A stretch of 64,000 nucleotides of DNA from the human T2T-CHM13v2.0 reference genome, Homo sapiens. A program made the translations under genes and the position numbers. The DNA is taken from the NCBI RefSeq assembly GCF_009914755.1, contig NC_060930.1. The stretch is one strand, 5' to 3'. Below, in pieces: positions 1 to 13,549 of the stretch. Within the stretch, counting starts at the first letter, position 1, and every line of letters begins with the position of its first letter. The notes under the pieces are model-generated. The model was given only the letters and a program-made list of their open reading frames with translations, was not told the DNA's origin and made no database searches.

Positions 1-878
1 CCATCCTGGCTAGCTTTCCTTTGACATAGACTTTTCATCCTTATCTTCCATTTTCCTGTTACTGCCAAAGTGTACATTTACCTCGTGTCTGGGATATCAA
101 TCATTATTGGATCAACTGCCTTCCCTATGTCCTGCCCCTTTGCTTTGCAGCATAACCAGAATAAGTCTGAGTCACTGCTTTGTATATTCATTCACTCTCT
201 TCCAGCAAACACTTTATTCAGAAACACTGACCTTCTAAACACTGTGCTAAGGAACAGGGCTAACAAACATGATTAAGGCACATTCCCTGCCCTCTCTTCA
301 TGTCTTTCTCTTAAGTGACTCCTGTTGGAAGTGAAATATAAATGCAGTTTCTCAGCCTCTCATTCTAAATATTCCCAACCTAACCATACAACTGTTACTT
401 ACTTATACCAATCTTTCATTACAAGAAAAATACTAAATTCAATACTTTCTGTATCTCTCAGTGTAATGGCCGTGTGTGCTATCTTATATTACTAGGTGTA
501 ACTATATTTGTTTTTAAATTGATTTAAGTACAATTCAGACTCAGTAAGGGAAGTTTTACCTTGATAAACTTTTTTATTCCTAATGCTTCATTTGGAAAAA
601 GTAGACAATCATTGTTTGATTTATTGACTTACCAATTACTAAAAAAGATAAATGGGACAGAAAGATATTCAAAGGGGACTGGTTCTAAAAAAAAGTACAG
701 AAAGAGCATATGAAAAGTGCAAGTAAAAGGTGAAAATGTCTTTTCTTTGGATCTTAGATTTCATAAATGTTCTATACTTGCCATAGAAAATTATATGAAA
801 ATTTTATCAACAATTTATGATTCAAAAATATTTTTGACTTTTGTAGCTCACTTTGGGTAGTGAAATAAGAATGTGACC

Positions 879-922
879 AAAGCATAGCTTAAAGCATAGC
901 TTTAGTGACTTAAAGCATAGCT
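879..922. repeat. Three copies of AAAGCATAGCT
   Basis: aaagcatagctt aaagcatagctt tagtgactt aaagcatagct. Confidence 0.85.
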
Positions 923-2483
923 AAGTCTTTCAAGTATTATATGTTTTGCTTTTGTAACTTGGCTTTATAAAGCATATCTCCAATCCACTTCATGTATCTC
1001 ATTCCAAGTAAAATGCCAGCCAGCCAAATATCTTTCTATAAATATCTGAAAAGATAATTTAGAATGCCAATCTACAGACTTGAAATACCTAGACTTCCTG
1101 GAGCTACACATTTAAATCTTAAAGATGTTAATTCCCCCAAAATTTTGTTTTTAATTATGCTTTTTTGATGTCAGAGTTTTTAAAGTAATAACTTTCTCTG
1201 GTTGTAAAGTAATATAATGATATTTTGATATATCTGAATATTATATAATTAGCCAGTAATCACTGCCCTTTATCATTATATTAATGTAATAGAAACTTTC
1301 CACCTGATTTATGAGGAAATTGTTTAAGAAGTATAGGTGATGAATTGGGTGGAATGGTTGGTAATTCAAAGCAGTGACATGATCTCACACATTTTGAACA
1401 AAAGATTTTTAAATCATATTTTGAAAAGATTATTTGGGAGTTAGTTTTAAAGAATAGAACACAAGGTAGGAATTTATCTCTGACTATGGAAAAAATAAGG
1501 AAAGACTGTATTTTTGCTGACAATTATTTGGAGGGGATATCACCATTCATTTAATGACTAACAAAAAATAGAAACATACTACATTTTATGAATAGGAATG
1601 TACAGTTGGAAGGATAAATAATTATATAAAAGCCATTTAAATGCATCTGCTCTACTTCCAATACGAATTGTATTTATTTTCTTTTTTGTTGCAAAATGTT
1701 TTGAACTCAGAAATTTTTAATGTAGTTGCTTAAATATCTAATTTTGTCCTGGAATTTCAAATCACACATGTTTTCTGGTTGTCAATATTTTATAAAGCAT
1801 TTCAAAGGCAACATTTTTTAAAGATCACCTATAAAGATGCTTCTTTGTTTCTATTGGATTTTCAGTTTCTAAAGTAGTTAAGTTTCATGACTCTAGATAT
1901 AAAAAGAATGAAGAACAAATATTAAGAGAAGGATGAAATCAGTAACATTTGTTGAAAATAAATGAGAAATGTGGTTAAATTTTTAAGGGCTAATACTGAA
2001 TATGTGTCAAATCAAAACCAGAGGTTTTACGAGGAGAAGAGTCCTTACTTGTATGTTTGGTGTTGCCTCTAGGCACTTTTTGTGGAGTGTGGACAGGTTT
2101 ATGGTGAAGCCTGAGACATACTTTTAAAGTTATTTAAATCCTCAATTTAATATAGTGACTCAGTTATCCAGAGCAGAATTGTGAATTCTAAGTGGGTCTT
2201 GGTTATCTGACTGGAAAGCCATGAGGTAAGAACTGGCTGAAACATCATATCAAATCAAATGAGATGAATGAACTGTTTTGGTAATAACCTTGTTCCATTC
2301 AAATATACAATAGTTTTTAGACTTTCAAATTTGGGAACTTGTTAGGATAAATAATCCTGAAATCTGGAGAGAGTAGATTTGAAAGAACTAGTGGTGGATA
2401 CAGTAAACTAGTTGCTGTATTTCTGGGTGTTGGTTTTGTTACAGTTTTTATTGTAATTATCAAAGAATTCAACTACTACCAAG

Positions 2484-2600
2484 TTTTTTTTTTATTTCTT
2501 ATTTCCAACTTTTATTTTAAGTTCAGGGGTACATTTGCAGGATGTGCAGGTTTGTTACATAGGTAAACGTGTGCCATGATGGTTTCCTGCACAGATCATC
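2484..2600 (-). mobile_element. Short 5'-truncated L1PA 3' end
   Basis: poly-T followed by ttttaagttcaggggtacatttgcaggatgtgcaggtttgttacataggtaaacgtgtgccatg. Confidence 0.85.
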
Positions 2601-3561
2601 AAAATGAATTTTTGTTACAAAACTTATCTATGTTTACTGGAAAATATAGCCAAATCCATAAAAGAAAATAAATATCAATCATGATTTCAACCACAGTAGA
2701 AAACCACAGATAATATTTTAGTTTTGTATCCTGAAAATACTTTACCATGCATTTATAATTTGTGGTATACAAAGTAATGTATTAACTCTCTCCTAGTGCT
2801 TTCTCTTCGTGAAATTGCAAATTCAGAGTGGAAAACTATGGTGAGAAGTCTGGTACATGATGTTGAGAAAAAACAATGTGTTTATCCTCCTCAGATTCTC
2901 CATTTGGGTTAATTTTTTAAAAAATGTTCGTTGCTTTGTAACCAAATTGCACTTCACTTTGTCCAGCATGCTCTGAACCCACTGGATAAGTATAAAATGC
3001 ACTACTTGTCTGTTGTAGTGGAGACCTTTTTAATATCTTTAAGGAACAGTAGACTAGAACAAAGTATACTTTGATTTAATAAATGTTGTCTAAGAGTGTA
3101 AAAAGAATTTATTTTCTACTTTATATGCTTTAATAATCATCTTGTTGAAGGAAACCATATTTTATAGGTTCAAATTACATGTTTCAACTTTAATTTTTGT
3201 TCCCAAAAGATGTATTCACATGTTGTTTGTACAAATTATTTTATTGCAACAATACAATTATTATAAATGTATGAAATTTCTGTACTTATCAAAAAGTTAC
3301 CTAATGTAACTTTGTAATTCCTTACCAAGACCATTATTTTAAATATTTTTCTTGCATGTTGTCAGTATAAGAAAACCCATGGGCTCAGGCGGAAAGTGCA
3401 AAAGTGTGATAAACATTCTCACACTGGTGTTAACTTTTGGTTAGTAAGAAGCAGTTCTTGCAGGCAACCTCAGCAATCCCTAGTTTAGTGGGAGCCAGTG
3501 TTTGGAACATGAGAATGTTTGGAATTGACCCCATTTCCTAAAGCCTCTTTTTGGATTTTAG

Positions 3562-3687
3562 TGCCCAGAGCAGGATGGCTTTGGAAATATTGCATCATCA
3601 TGGGTAACTGCTCATGCCAGTAAAATGTCTTCATATCTGCCAGCAAAGCAGGAACTTAAAGACCAGTGCCAGTGCATTCCAAACAAG
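3562..3687 (+). CDS. COL19A1: Collagen XIX alpha-1 coding exon, 126 bp, end of N-terminal non-collagenous region (about exon 8 from memory)
   Basis: ttttag|TGC...AAC AAG|gtatgc. Translates CPEQDGFGNIASSWVTAHASKMSSYLPAKQELKDQCQCIPNK, phase 0/0, in frame with the next exon. The CxC motif precedes the triple helix, and the peptide matches the recalled COL19A1 protein. Confidence 0.95.
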
Positions 3688-4814
3688 GTATGCTAGTTTT
3701 AATTGGTGCACACTGAAAGCCACTCCAGACTATGAGCCCAGCTCCTTGAATGTGGCCTCTGTTCACAGAATGTGTCTTGCCATTCAGTGTTTGTTGAAGT
3801 AAATACCTCAGTTACTGGGGTGGGTTAAGAAAAAGGCATTGAAGATAGGACTTCCTGGATTCTTACCTGGATAGTTTCAAGCCCATCTGAACTTCCTTCC
3901 AGGGTGTGAACTAGAATGAATAGAAAAGTGAAGGGAGGAACTACCTGTACAACAGGCAAGTACTGAGTACTTAGCATGTGCCAGGAATAGGCTGAAGTTC
4001 TGGGAATTCACAGTTGAAGAAAACACAGTGCCTGCTCTTCAAAAACATACACAAAAATACTCTACATTGTATTTCTTTTTCTGTGTAGACTGTGTTTTTC
4101 CAGCATCCCTAAATTTTCAACTGGCTGTCTCCATCCACCATAAGTTATTAGGGGAATATACAGAGGGGCTCTGTTGTTACTCAAATAATTTGTTTCATCT
4201 GCACCAATATGATCCCCTGGTCAAGAAGGCTGTGCCATGGACCTTTATGAACTTCCTTTATGGATGTTAATGGCAGTAATAAAGCCTGTGCTAAAAGGCT
4301 GAGTGGTGTCTTGGTGGCTTTTTCCAGTGCCCATACCTGAGGAAAGGAGAACTTGCCCCAGTTTCTAGAGCAGAGTGTGCCCTAGCACTGTGACTTAAAA
4401 CATGTCATCGACTTACTCATCCACCACCACTTCAACTCCTGGCTGAGCCAGATGGGGATGGGGTGAAAGTTTAAGGGAAACTTTCATTTTTTCTAGTGGC
4501 CAATATTGCATAGTAAGCTCTACGAGAAAGGCAAGGTTCGGGGGTCCATAGAGAAACAGCTTGTGTTCCAGCTCATGGAAGGTCTGGAGGAGATGATGCT
4601 AAATGGTGTTTGGAAGAGTGAGGAACAGTGAATGGAATTCCATTGGCATGCCCTTTTTCCCTTGTTCACGTGGCTCACTATTCCTCACTCTAAGCATCAG
4701 CTCAGAGGAGAACAAAGCGTTATCTTGCTAGTGCCAGCTTCACATTTATAAACCATTTGGCTTTAGATCAATGTGACAGAATGTTTGCTAACACAGATAT
4801 GCATTTTTGCTCAG

Positions 4815-4877
4815 GGAGAAGCAGGATTACCAGGAGCTCCGGGTTCACCTGGGCAGAAAGGGCATAAAGGAGAGCCG
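4815..4877 (+). CDS. COL19A1: Collagen XIX exon, 63 bp, 7 Gly-X-Y triplets (about exon 9)
   Basis: tttttgctcag|GGA...CCG|gtaaga; GEAGLPGAPGSPGQKGHKGEP. Confidence 0.97.
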
Positions 4878-6074
4878 GTAAGAAAAAAACAAATACTGAT
4901 GGAGAAAACAGGGTTTTGTTAAAAAATGACTTAAAAATGTGTTCATCTCATTTTTCTTTATTCTGTACAAATATATGTTTCTATAAAAGGCTATCAAAGA
5001 CTATATTAAAATGCTGATTACTGAAATAGAGACTATCAGCATTCTAGTCAGCTTTTGAATTCATATTGGTAGGCTGGTGTGAACTTTGGAAAGATCTGGA
5101 ACTGCAAGTCTTTGTACCTATAAGCTCTAGCAAAACTGTGAAGCAGAAAAGTCTATTTTCTAGCTGTGCCCTAGCCTTCTTTAGCATTCCCTTCCCCAAA
5201 TCCCTGTTGAATTCTTGCTTCTCTTGTCTTTTGATACATCCCCACCAGAGATTTTTCTGTAGCTCTCTACCTTTTTTTTTAAACGGCCAACTTTTTTTGA
5301 ATACTTTCTGTGTATGAGGTATGTTGCTTGGTGTTGTAGAGCACATAAAGACAAATAGGATATATTCCCTGTTCTCAATGATTTTACATCTAGAAAGAGA
5401 TCGTGGAAAATTACAAGGCCATACGTGTTAGGTGCTGTAGGAGAGTTGCAAGTGTCCTGGAGAAATGATCTGGGGAGCTAGGGAGGATTTAATGGAGGAA
5501 TGGCCAGTGGACTGGACCTCTAAGTGTGTAATTCTAGGCTATATCCCATGCTTAGAGATTTGTCTTTCCCTTCTCCCATGACTCAAAACTTAACTGTAAT
5601 GTTTCTGACTCTTTTGAGTATATCTTTTGTCAGCTAATCAGGTAAATGAATGAGCACTGTTAGAAGTTGATTCTGTTTTTATTATCTCTCCAAGGTAAAA
5701 TAGATTTTAATTCCTTTCCTGCCTTAACTTGGGAAGTCCATGATTCTAAATTATTTGTATAATCTATTGCTCCCCCCGCTTTAAAAAGACAGGAGACGGA
5801 AGTCTGAGAAATGACTGATCCCTCAAAGCTTCAACAAAGCTAAAGTCATTTGATTCCTGAAGGAATGTATTCCCATGTACCTTTCATGGGAACTTCTGAC
5901 AACTCAGCAGGTGTTTGAAAAAGATTTTTGAGGAGGGACAGGCCATTTATTATTGCTCTTTAAAATGCATTGCTTGGGGTACCTTTACTTTCAATATCAT
6001 TTTATGAAAATTCAAAATAATTGAACAATATCTGATTCTAAAGACCACTTCAATCAAACTAAACATACAAATCA

Positions 6075-6300
6075 TTATACCAATAGCAAGTATTTGTTTC
6101 ATGGTTACATGTACCAGACACTGAGAAGAATGTTTTAGATATGTTATCATACTTGATCCTTACACTCACTCTTCATGTTAGGGATTAGTATTAGCATTTT
6201 ACAGATGGAAAAACTGAAGCTTAGGGGGGTTAAATTATTGCCCAGTGCCACATAGCTTGTGGCCAAACTGGGATCTGAAACCAGTAGGTCTGTTGACTAC
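6075..6300 (-). mobile_element. MIR SINE
   Basis: Core cattttacagatggaaaaactgaagcttag...ttgcccagtgccacatagct. Confidence 0.75.
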
Positions 6301-8467
6301 TCATGACCAGTATCCATTTTTAAGGCTGCCACTATGTTCTAAAAGCAATTCAGTATTATGTATCTGTGTTCTTTGATCAGGTACTTCCACTTGCGATATT
6401 TTACTCTTAAAACATCATTTAAAGATGCCAGCCTAGTGTCTCTATCCTCATTTTACAGCTGAGAGCCACACATAGGTAAATTGATGTGCCCAAGGTAACA
6501 CAATTAAGAGGACTCAGAAAGTGGAAAGATCTCTGAGTTAATCCCAACTCTTCTCTGGTTAGAGGGTGAATTTGGCCAAGCCACTCAGACTCTCCATACA
6601 TAAGTTTTCTTATCTGCAACGGAAGGTGTTCTCACTTATCTGTTATACCTATACTATAAAGTGACACCAAAATGCCTTGAAAAAAATGCATGTGGCTTAA
6701 TTTTTGGTGACTGTGATTTATACACGTTCACATACACATTTCTTAACTTGTCTTTTCACTTCTTTGATTTATCAGTTCCTTCATATTTAAGATTGCTGGC
6801 ACAGGAAGAAATTTCATGTGTTGCTTTTAGGAAAAATACCCTGCCCACTGAAAAAAAAAAAATCTATGTCATAAGTACAGTCCTATTTGAATAATTATTT
6901 TAAAAATCGTTAAATCTACTTTAAATTCTTTTTTAAAGATTAAGTGCTTAGTCACTGTTGTTAGAGCCTATACCTTTTAAGGATGCATTTTCCCCCTCGA
7001 TTCCCTTTAATCATAAATAGACATCTCTCACTTTAACATTTAAATATTTATTTTTCTTTATTCATTCATCCATCAACACCTATTTATTGAGCTCCTGCTA
7101 TTATAATAAAAAATGTGCCAGACTTTGGAGCCTTAGCAGTAATAATAAAATACAGGGCCTGCTCTCACCGAGTTTACAATCTTGTGACAGTTTGTTCACA
7201 GAACATTCTCTCCTTCTATAGAAACTAAAACCAGTAGAAAAGAACTAGGAAAAATTAATAAAAATGGATAAATATTAGCCAATTTATTGTATGTCAAATC
7301 TATAAAATATACAAAAATGTATCTTAGAGTAACAATGCATTATATGACTTCTCATCTGCAGTATGTTTTAAGAATATTAACATTTGTTTTAAATTCCATG
7401 ATAATTCATAATGGCAAGAGATTTTAGTGGCAACGTAAAAACAGCTGCAATAAAGGAAATTTATAATCTACACAACGAATAACTAATCTGTGTATTTCCC
7501 TTATCTTTTCAATACATGCACCCACATTTGCTTAAACCAACATATGCTCTGCCTTGTAAAAATGACATTAGATGACCATGACCATGAATGCATTCAACCT
7601 TCCTGGCACTTGAAATAAACATGGATGTATTGTTTCATTTTAAGGAATGGAGGGTGGGTTTATTTCTGCTCCTATTGCACTATGTGATCTTGCAACTTTA
7701 ATGTGCAATAAATAAAGAAGGCTTTCCTTCATTTTTGATTCTGGCATGTAATTGTCATTATTAGAGCAGGTGCACAAAATAATGCCTACATAACTTGAAG
7801 ATCGAAAGTCATTTTTGCTCTAAGGCATATTCAGTAGTAAATTTTGTGAAATGATCAGAAGTGCAATGTTACTAAGGGAATCAGATGTTGTTCTAAAGGT
7901 TTTCTTTTTGATCTGTAAGCCCAAGAAGGAATATTTAGAGGAGGTAGAACAGTATGTTGGAAAGAGTACCACTTTGGAGCCTGAACCACTTAGGATTGAA
8001 TCCTCTCCACCTCTTACTTGCTTTGAAAATTATCCTTAATAATACCTAGCCAGTGGTTGATTGTGAAGAAGGAATACAATACAATATATACACAGCACTT
8101 AGAAACTGGCATATTATAGATATTCAACAAATATATGTTTCCCCTGCTTTCTTATCCACCATATAATTGTCCATATATTGAAGGAGAGGTGGAGATAACT
8201 ATTTTAGGTTGAGTTTAATTTCATTTGTGGCTTGATGAAGAACAAAGGAATCTTCATTTGTGAGATACTGCCTTAGAATTTTCAATTTATTAGATGTAAA
8301 AATGTTGAGTTATCATCACATGCTACTTGTGGTAAATAGTAATAATTGATCAATAGTTGATTTCTTCAAAAGATTACTCAATAAGTTGACTATTTCATTC
8401 AACTCTGTATCTTTTATTTCCAATATTATCTGTATCTGACCTTCTCTGGATACAATGTGCTAGTTGC

Positions 8468-8764
8468 TTTTTTTTTTTTTTTTAGACAGAGACTTGCTCT
8501 GTCACCCAGGCTGGAGTGCAATGGTGCAATCCCTGTTCCCTGCAACATCCGCCTCCCGGGTTCAAGCGATTCTCCTGCCTCAGCCTCCTGAGTAGTTGAG
8601 ATTACAGGCACCCGCCATCATGCCTGGCTAATTTTTGTATTTTTTGGTAGAGATGGGGTTTCACCATGTTGACCAGGCTGGTCTCGAACTCCTGACCTCA
8701 GGTCATCCACCCACCTCGGCCTCCCAAAGGGCTAGGATTACAGGTGTGAGCCACTGCTCTCAGC
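8468..8764 (-). mobile_element. AluS (Sx-like), full length
   Basis: Alu consensus with poly-T; TSD acaatgtgctagtt at 8452-8465 and 8765-8778. Confidence 0.95.
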
Positions 8765-9000
8765 ACAATGTGCTAGTTTTTCAAATATGTTCCTTGCATT
8801 GTTTTACTTAGATAATGTCGATTAGAAGCCATCCAGACACAATTATAACTTACTTTTTCTCATTAACTGTATAATATTAGTCTTTTGGTGCATTTTACTT
8901 TTGGCCCAATGTAATAAAGTGAGAAAAGATTTGAGAATACAACTTCCACATCTCTTTCAAATTATATGTCACTACATTACAGTATTTCTAAAGGTGTTAA

Positions 9001-9511
9001 GATTTTTATTAATATGTTAATTGACATAACAATTATACGTATTTATGGAGTAAAGTGTGATATTTTCATTCATTTATACAATCTGTACTAATCAAATTGG
9101 GATAATTAACATGTCCATCACCTCAAATATTCATTATTTCTTTGTATTGGGAACATTCAAGATTTTCTCTTTTAGCTATTTGAAAATATTCAATAAATTA
9201 TTGTTAACCATAGTCACCCTACAGTGCTATTGAACAGAAGAGCTTATTTATTCTTTATAGCTGTAATTTTGTATCTGTTAACCAACTTCTCCCTATCCCC
9301 ACTCCCACCCTTCCCAGCCCCAGTAACCATTATTCTACTCTCTACTTCTATGAGATTAACTTTTTAAACTTCTACATATAAAGGAGAACATGCAGTATTT
9401 ATCCTTCTGTGCCTGGCTTATTTCACTTACAACAATGTCATTCTGACTCGTCCATGTTGCTGCAAATGATGGGATTTTACTCTTTTTTATGGCTTAATGT
9501 CATTCCATTGT

Positions 9512-9558
<47 letters not shown>

Positions 9559-10557
9559 AAACATTTTCTTTATCCATTTATTAATTGATAGACACCCATT
9601 TTGATTCCATGTATTAGCGATTGTGAGTAGTGCTGTAATAAACACAGGCTTTCAGTTATCTTTTCACCATACTTATTTCCTTTCCTTTGGATACATATCC
9701 CCAGTGGGATTTCTGGATCACATGGTAGTTCCATTTTTAGTTTTTTGAGGCATTTCCATACTGTTCTCCATAATAGCTATACTAATTTACATTCCCACTA
9801 AAAGGGTGCAAAAGTTCCCCTTTCTCCACAACTTTGGTAGCATTTTTTTTGGTCATTTAGATAATAGCCATTCTAAACTAGGGTAAGATGATATCTCATT
9901 TTGATTCCAATTTGCTCCTCCCTCATGATTAATGTTGAGCATTTTTTGATGTATTTCTTGGCCATTTGTATGTCTTCTTTTGAGAAGTGTCTATTCAGAT
10001 CATTCACCCATTTTAAAATCAGATTATTGGGGTTTTTGTTTGTTTGTTGCTGTTGAGTTGCTTGAGCTCCTTGTATATTGTGGATATTAATCCCTTGTCA
10101 GATGAATACCTTGCAAACGTTTACTCCCATTCTGCAGGTTGTCTCTTCATTCTCTTGATGGTTTCCTTTGCTGTACAAAAGCTTTTTATTGCAATATGGT
10201 CCCATTTGTCTATTTTTGCTTTGGTTGCCTGTGCTCTTGAGGTTGTAGCCACAAAATCTTTGCCTAGACTAATGTACCAAAGCATTTTCCATACATTTTC
10301 CCCCAGAAGATTCATAGTTTTGGGCTCTACATTTAAGTTTTCAATCCATTTTGGGTTGATTTTTGCATATGGTGAGAGATAAGGATCTAGTTTATTCTTC
10401 TGAATATAGTTTTTCCAACACTGTTTAACAAAAAGACTGTCCTTTCCTCAATGCACGTTCCTGGCACCTCTGTCAAAAATCAGTTGGTTGTAAATACATG
10501 GATTTATTTATGGGTTCTCTAGTGTGTTCCATTGGTCTGTGTGACTGTTGATGACAA
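9001..10557 (-). mobile_element. L1MA-type 3' fragment (3'UTR plus ORF2 end) containing (TG)n at about 9510-9555
   Basis: L1 ORF2-like peptide in ORF 10121..10315 (KAKIDKWDHI..KSFCTAKETI); degenerate TSD tctaa(a)ggtgtta at 8987-8999 and 10558-10569. Confidence 0.9.
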
Positions 10558-10689
10558 TCTAAGGTGTTATGCTTTGAGCATCCTTACTTTAATGCAGCAA
10601 ATTCATAGAGAAAAATGTTACTCTTATTTATACACATACATTATGAGTTAGACAATTATTCCGAATAGTCATGTAAGCAAATCCTGTCC

Positions 10690-11165
10690 CACCTGAGCCA
10701 AAACCCACTAATGACTTCTTGTCTCTCTTAAGGTAAACCCCAAAGCTCTAACCATGGGCTATGAGGCTTCACATAATGTGTAGAGCTCTCCCCTACCTGA
10801 CTCCTCAATCCCAGATTGTCTCGTACCCTCTTCCCTTGTTCACTTTTGCTCCAAGTCCTTTGTACCAGTTATGTATGCCTGAAGTGTCCTTGTCCACATC
10901 CACTTGGCTCGCTCTCTTCTTCACATCATTTAGGCCCTTGCTCAAAAATAACTTTAAAATAAAAAGGCCTTCTGGCATCTCTATATAAAAAGCATCCTTA
11001 CTCCCACCTCTATCCTCTTACTTTGCTTAGCACTTTTACTGCCACCTGACACATTGTCATCACGCATCTATTTCTTTCCCTGTTGGAAAATGAGTTCTGT
11101 GAGCCTATACATAGAACAACACATAAATAATAGGAGCTAAAAATATGCTGAATGCATGAATGAAC
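10690..11165. mobile_element. L2 remnant
   Basis: L2-like 3' portion ending in aaatatgctgaatgcatgaatgaa. Confidence 0.6.
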
Positions 11166-12154
11166 ACTATACCTCAAGGAAAGTTTAAATAATCAACTCA
11201 GCTATTTCTAGAAACTGTAAGTTCTCCTTCCTAATTGCCCAGGAGACTCTGCTGAGCAAGGCAAAGATTCAATTTGCAAGGAAAGAATTAAATAATATTA
11301 TATTGTTAACTATTGTTCTACTACAGTTTTTTCTTTTAAAAAACAAAAATTCTTTTCACATTGATTTAATCAGGTTTAGCTTAGTATTGTCTAGGTAATG
11401 AAGCATCAAAAATATTTTGCAAAAAGCCAGAAGTTTTGGCAAAACTTAATATGTATTTTTATTTGCCTATTTTCTTATCTACTATGATGGTTTATTAATA
11501 TGATTTACTACTTTTTCTTTTTTTATAAAGGTGATGGTCACCTCTCATGGAATAATGCAGTTTTAAGTACTACTGCTTGTATTTAATTATCTAGTTGTGA
11601 TCAGCATTCTATATCAGAACACCTAATCAAGCGATTTTAACCATGCTCTTTAACACTAAACTCTGTATAACATTATTTGAAGTAATAATTAATACTTTTC
11701 TTTCATTTAGACTCAATTGTAATAATTTTCTGAATTTTTTAATTCCCTTTTGTTAGCAAATGTAGTTAGCAACCTAATTCCTTAGCAACTGCATTACTTT
11801 CTCAGTTCTTTAAGACCCTTGTTAATACCCTCACCCATTTCAGAGCTGAAATTCTCTCAGAGTTTTATAAAATATTAGCTCAATTTTAATGTTCTTGAAC
11901 CTGAGGGGAAGTGTTATCTGAGCTCCATTTTGGGAATAATTTTCCAGTTTATTTTTCTATTATTATCTTCCATATCTCCAGTTAATTTGCCAAAATGTGT
12001 TGACTTTATGAAATGATTGCTTTGCTGATATGCTTTGACAGAAAATCAAAACTGTTTAAAATGGAATAAGTTAGCTTATTTGACTTCTTAGTCAGAAACT
12101 GGTATTGATTTATTTCAACTTCTCCTGCCCTCCAATCCCACTATAGAGGTTTTC

Positions 12155-12355
12155 ATTTTGAGTAGTCTAATATGCTAACCCAGAGATGATGAGTAAGTTT
12201 CCCCTCATTTTCTTTCCAATCTGACATTACTCATATGCCCATTCTGTAACCATACCACAACAATAAAAATTAATTAAACCAAAATACGTTCATAATTTTT
12301 AAAAATAAGGATACCTTCTCTTAGTAATAACTTTACAGAAGTAGGATTTAATATT
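12155..12355 (+). repeat. Left arm of 201-bp inverted duplication
   Basis: Reverse complement of 13032-13232 with 8 substitutions and no indels (manual alignment). Confidence 0.97.
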
Positions 12356-13031
12356 ATTCTTTTGACTTCTTTTAATATGTCAATATAAGAAATAATAATG
12401 TTTCTTTATCCTTTCTAATCCCATATTGAATATATTGAAGTAATTGACAAGTCCTTTTTTTGGATCAGTTTTACCCAATTTGATATAATCTCATGTAATC
12501 TACAGGAATTCACTTGAAGGTGAAATTTACTTGTGGGTCTTCATCTGAAATTAACAGATAGTATCATTATAATAATGGTATTACATATTCATAAAATTAC
12601 AATATATTTCTTAATTTCTACCAAGTGTTAGCGACAGAGAAACTCATTCAAAAAGTGTATATTATTTTCCACTGTTTTGAGGATAAATTTATTAGACTGA
12701 ATTTGTGATAGTGCTTTTAAGGAAGCCATAGATGATCCATAGACTTCCTTGCACCTGTTTTTCCATCCCTGCTTGGCAGTTAGACAGAAGAGCAAGGAAG
12801 CTGATCATTGGATTGACCCAGCTTTGGGGTTTTTCCTGGAGGATGTAAAGGAAAGTCAGGCATACTAAATGAAACAAATAGGAATATCTTAGAATCTGAA
12901 ATTTCCTGACCTACTTGAATTGAAAGCATCGGATAGGATGTAGCTTTTAACTCATTTAAACTCATTTATCATATTAATTGAAGTAACAGCAATAGTATTA
13001 TTCCTTACATTTGGTAAATGTACTTTTGGTA

Positions 13032-13232
13032 AATATTAAATCCTACTTCTGTGAGGTTATTACTAAGAGAATGTATCCTTATTTTTAAAAATTATGAACA
13101 TATTTTGGTTTAACTAATTTTTATTGTTGTGGTATGGCTACAGAATGGGCATATGAGTAATGTCAGATTGGAAAGAAAATGAGGGGAAACTTACCCATCA
13201 TATCTGGGTTAGCATATTAGACTACTCAAAAT
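13032..13232 (-). repeat. Right arm of 201-bp inverted duplication
   Basis: Reverse complement of 12155-12355; flanked by TTTGGTAAAT direct repeats. Confidence 0.97.
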
Positions 13233-13495
13233 TTGGTAAATTACAAAGCTGAATTACATATTTCTGTGTGAATATGTCTAGTTTTAGTTATGATTAGCAC
13301 TTAGATATTTACGAATTACTGATTTTTTACAATTTATTATTTTGGCTTGTGGGCAATATGAGGAAGGAACTTGAAGCACAAACTTTGGTGCAAGCAAAAG
13401 CAACTCATCTAGGAAGAGGTAGATTCACTTTGACAACATTAGTAATTAACGCACCCCTTAAAAGTAATCTCCTAATAAGCATTTCTGTATTTTAG

Positions 13496-13549
13496 GGTGC
13501 AGTTGGTAATAAAGGTGAATTTGGTGCTCCTGGAATTCCTGGGGAAAAG
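13496..13549 (+). pseudogene. Vestigial or unannotated 54-bp collagen exon with a non-canonical (AT) donor
   Basis: ctaat...tttctgtattttag|GGT GCA GTT GGT AAT AAA GGT GAA TTT GGT GCT CCT GGA ATT CCT GGG GAA AAG|atatga; 6/6 Gly in register, phase 0. Confidence 0.85.

Noticed and set aside
5430-5520. GGT GCT GTA GGA GAG... as a collagen-like exon
   Set aside because: Gly periodicity breaks after two triplets, and the context looks like an L2 remnant.
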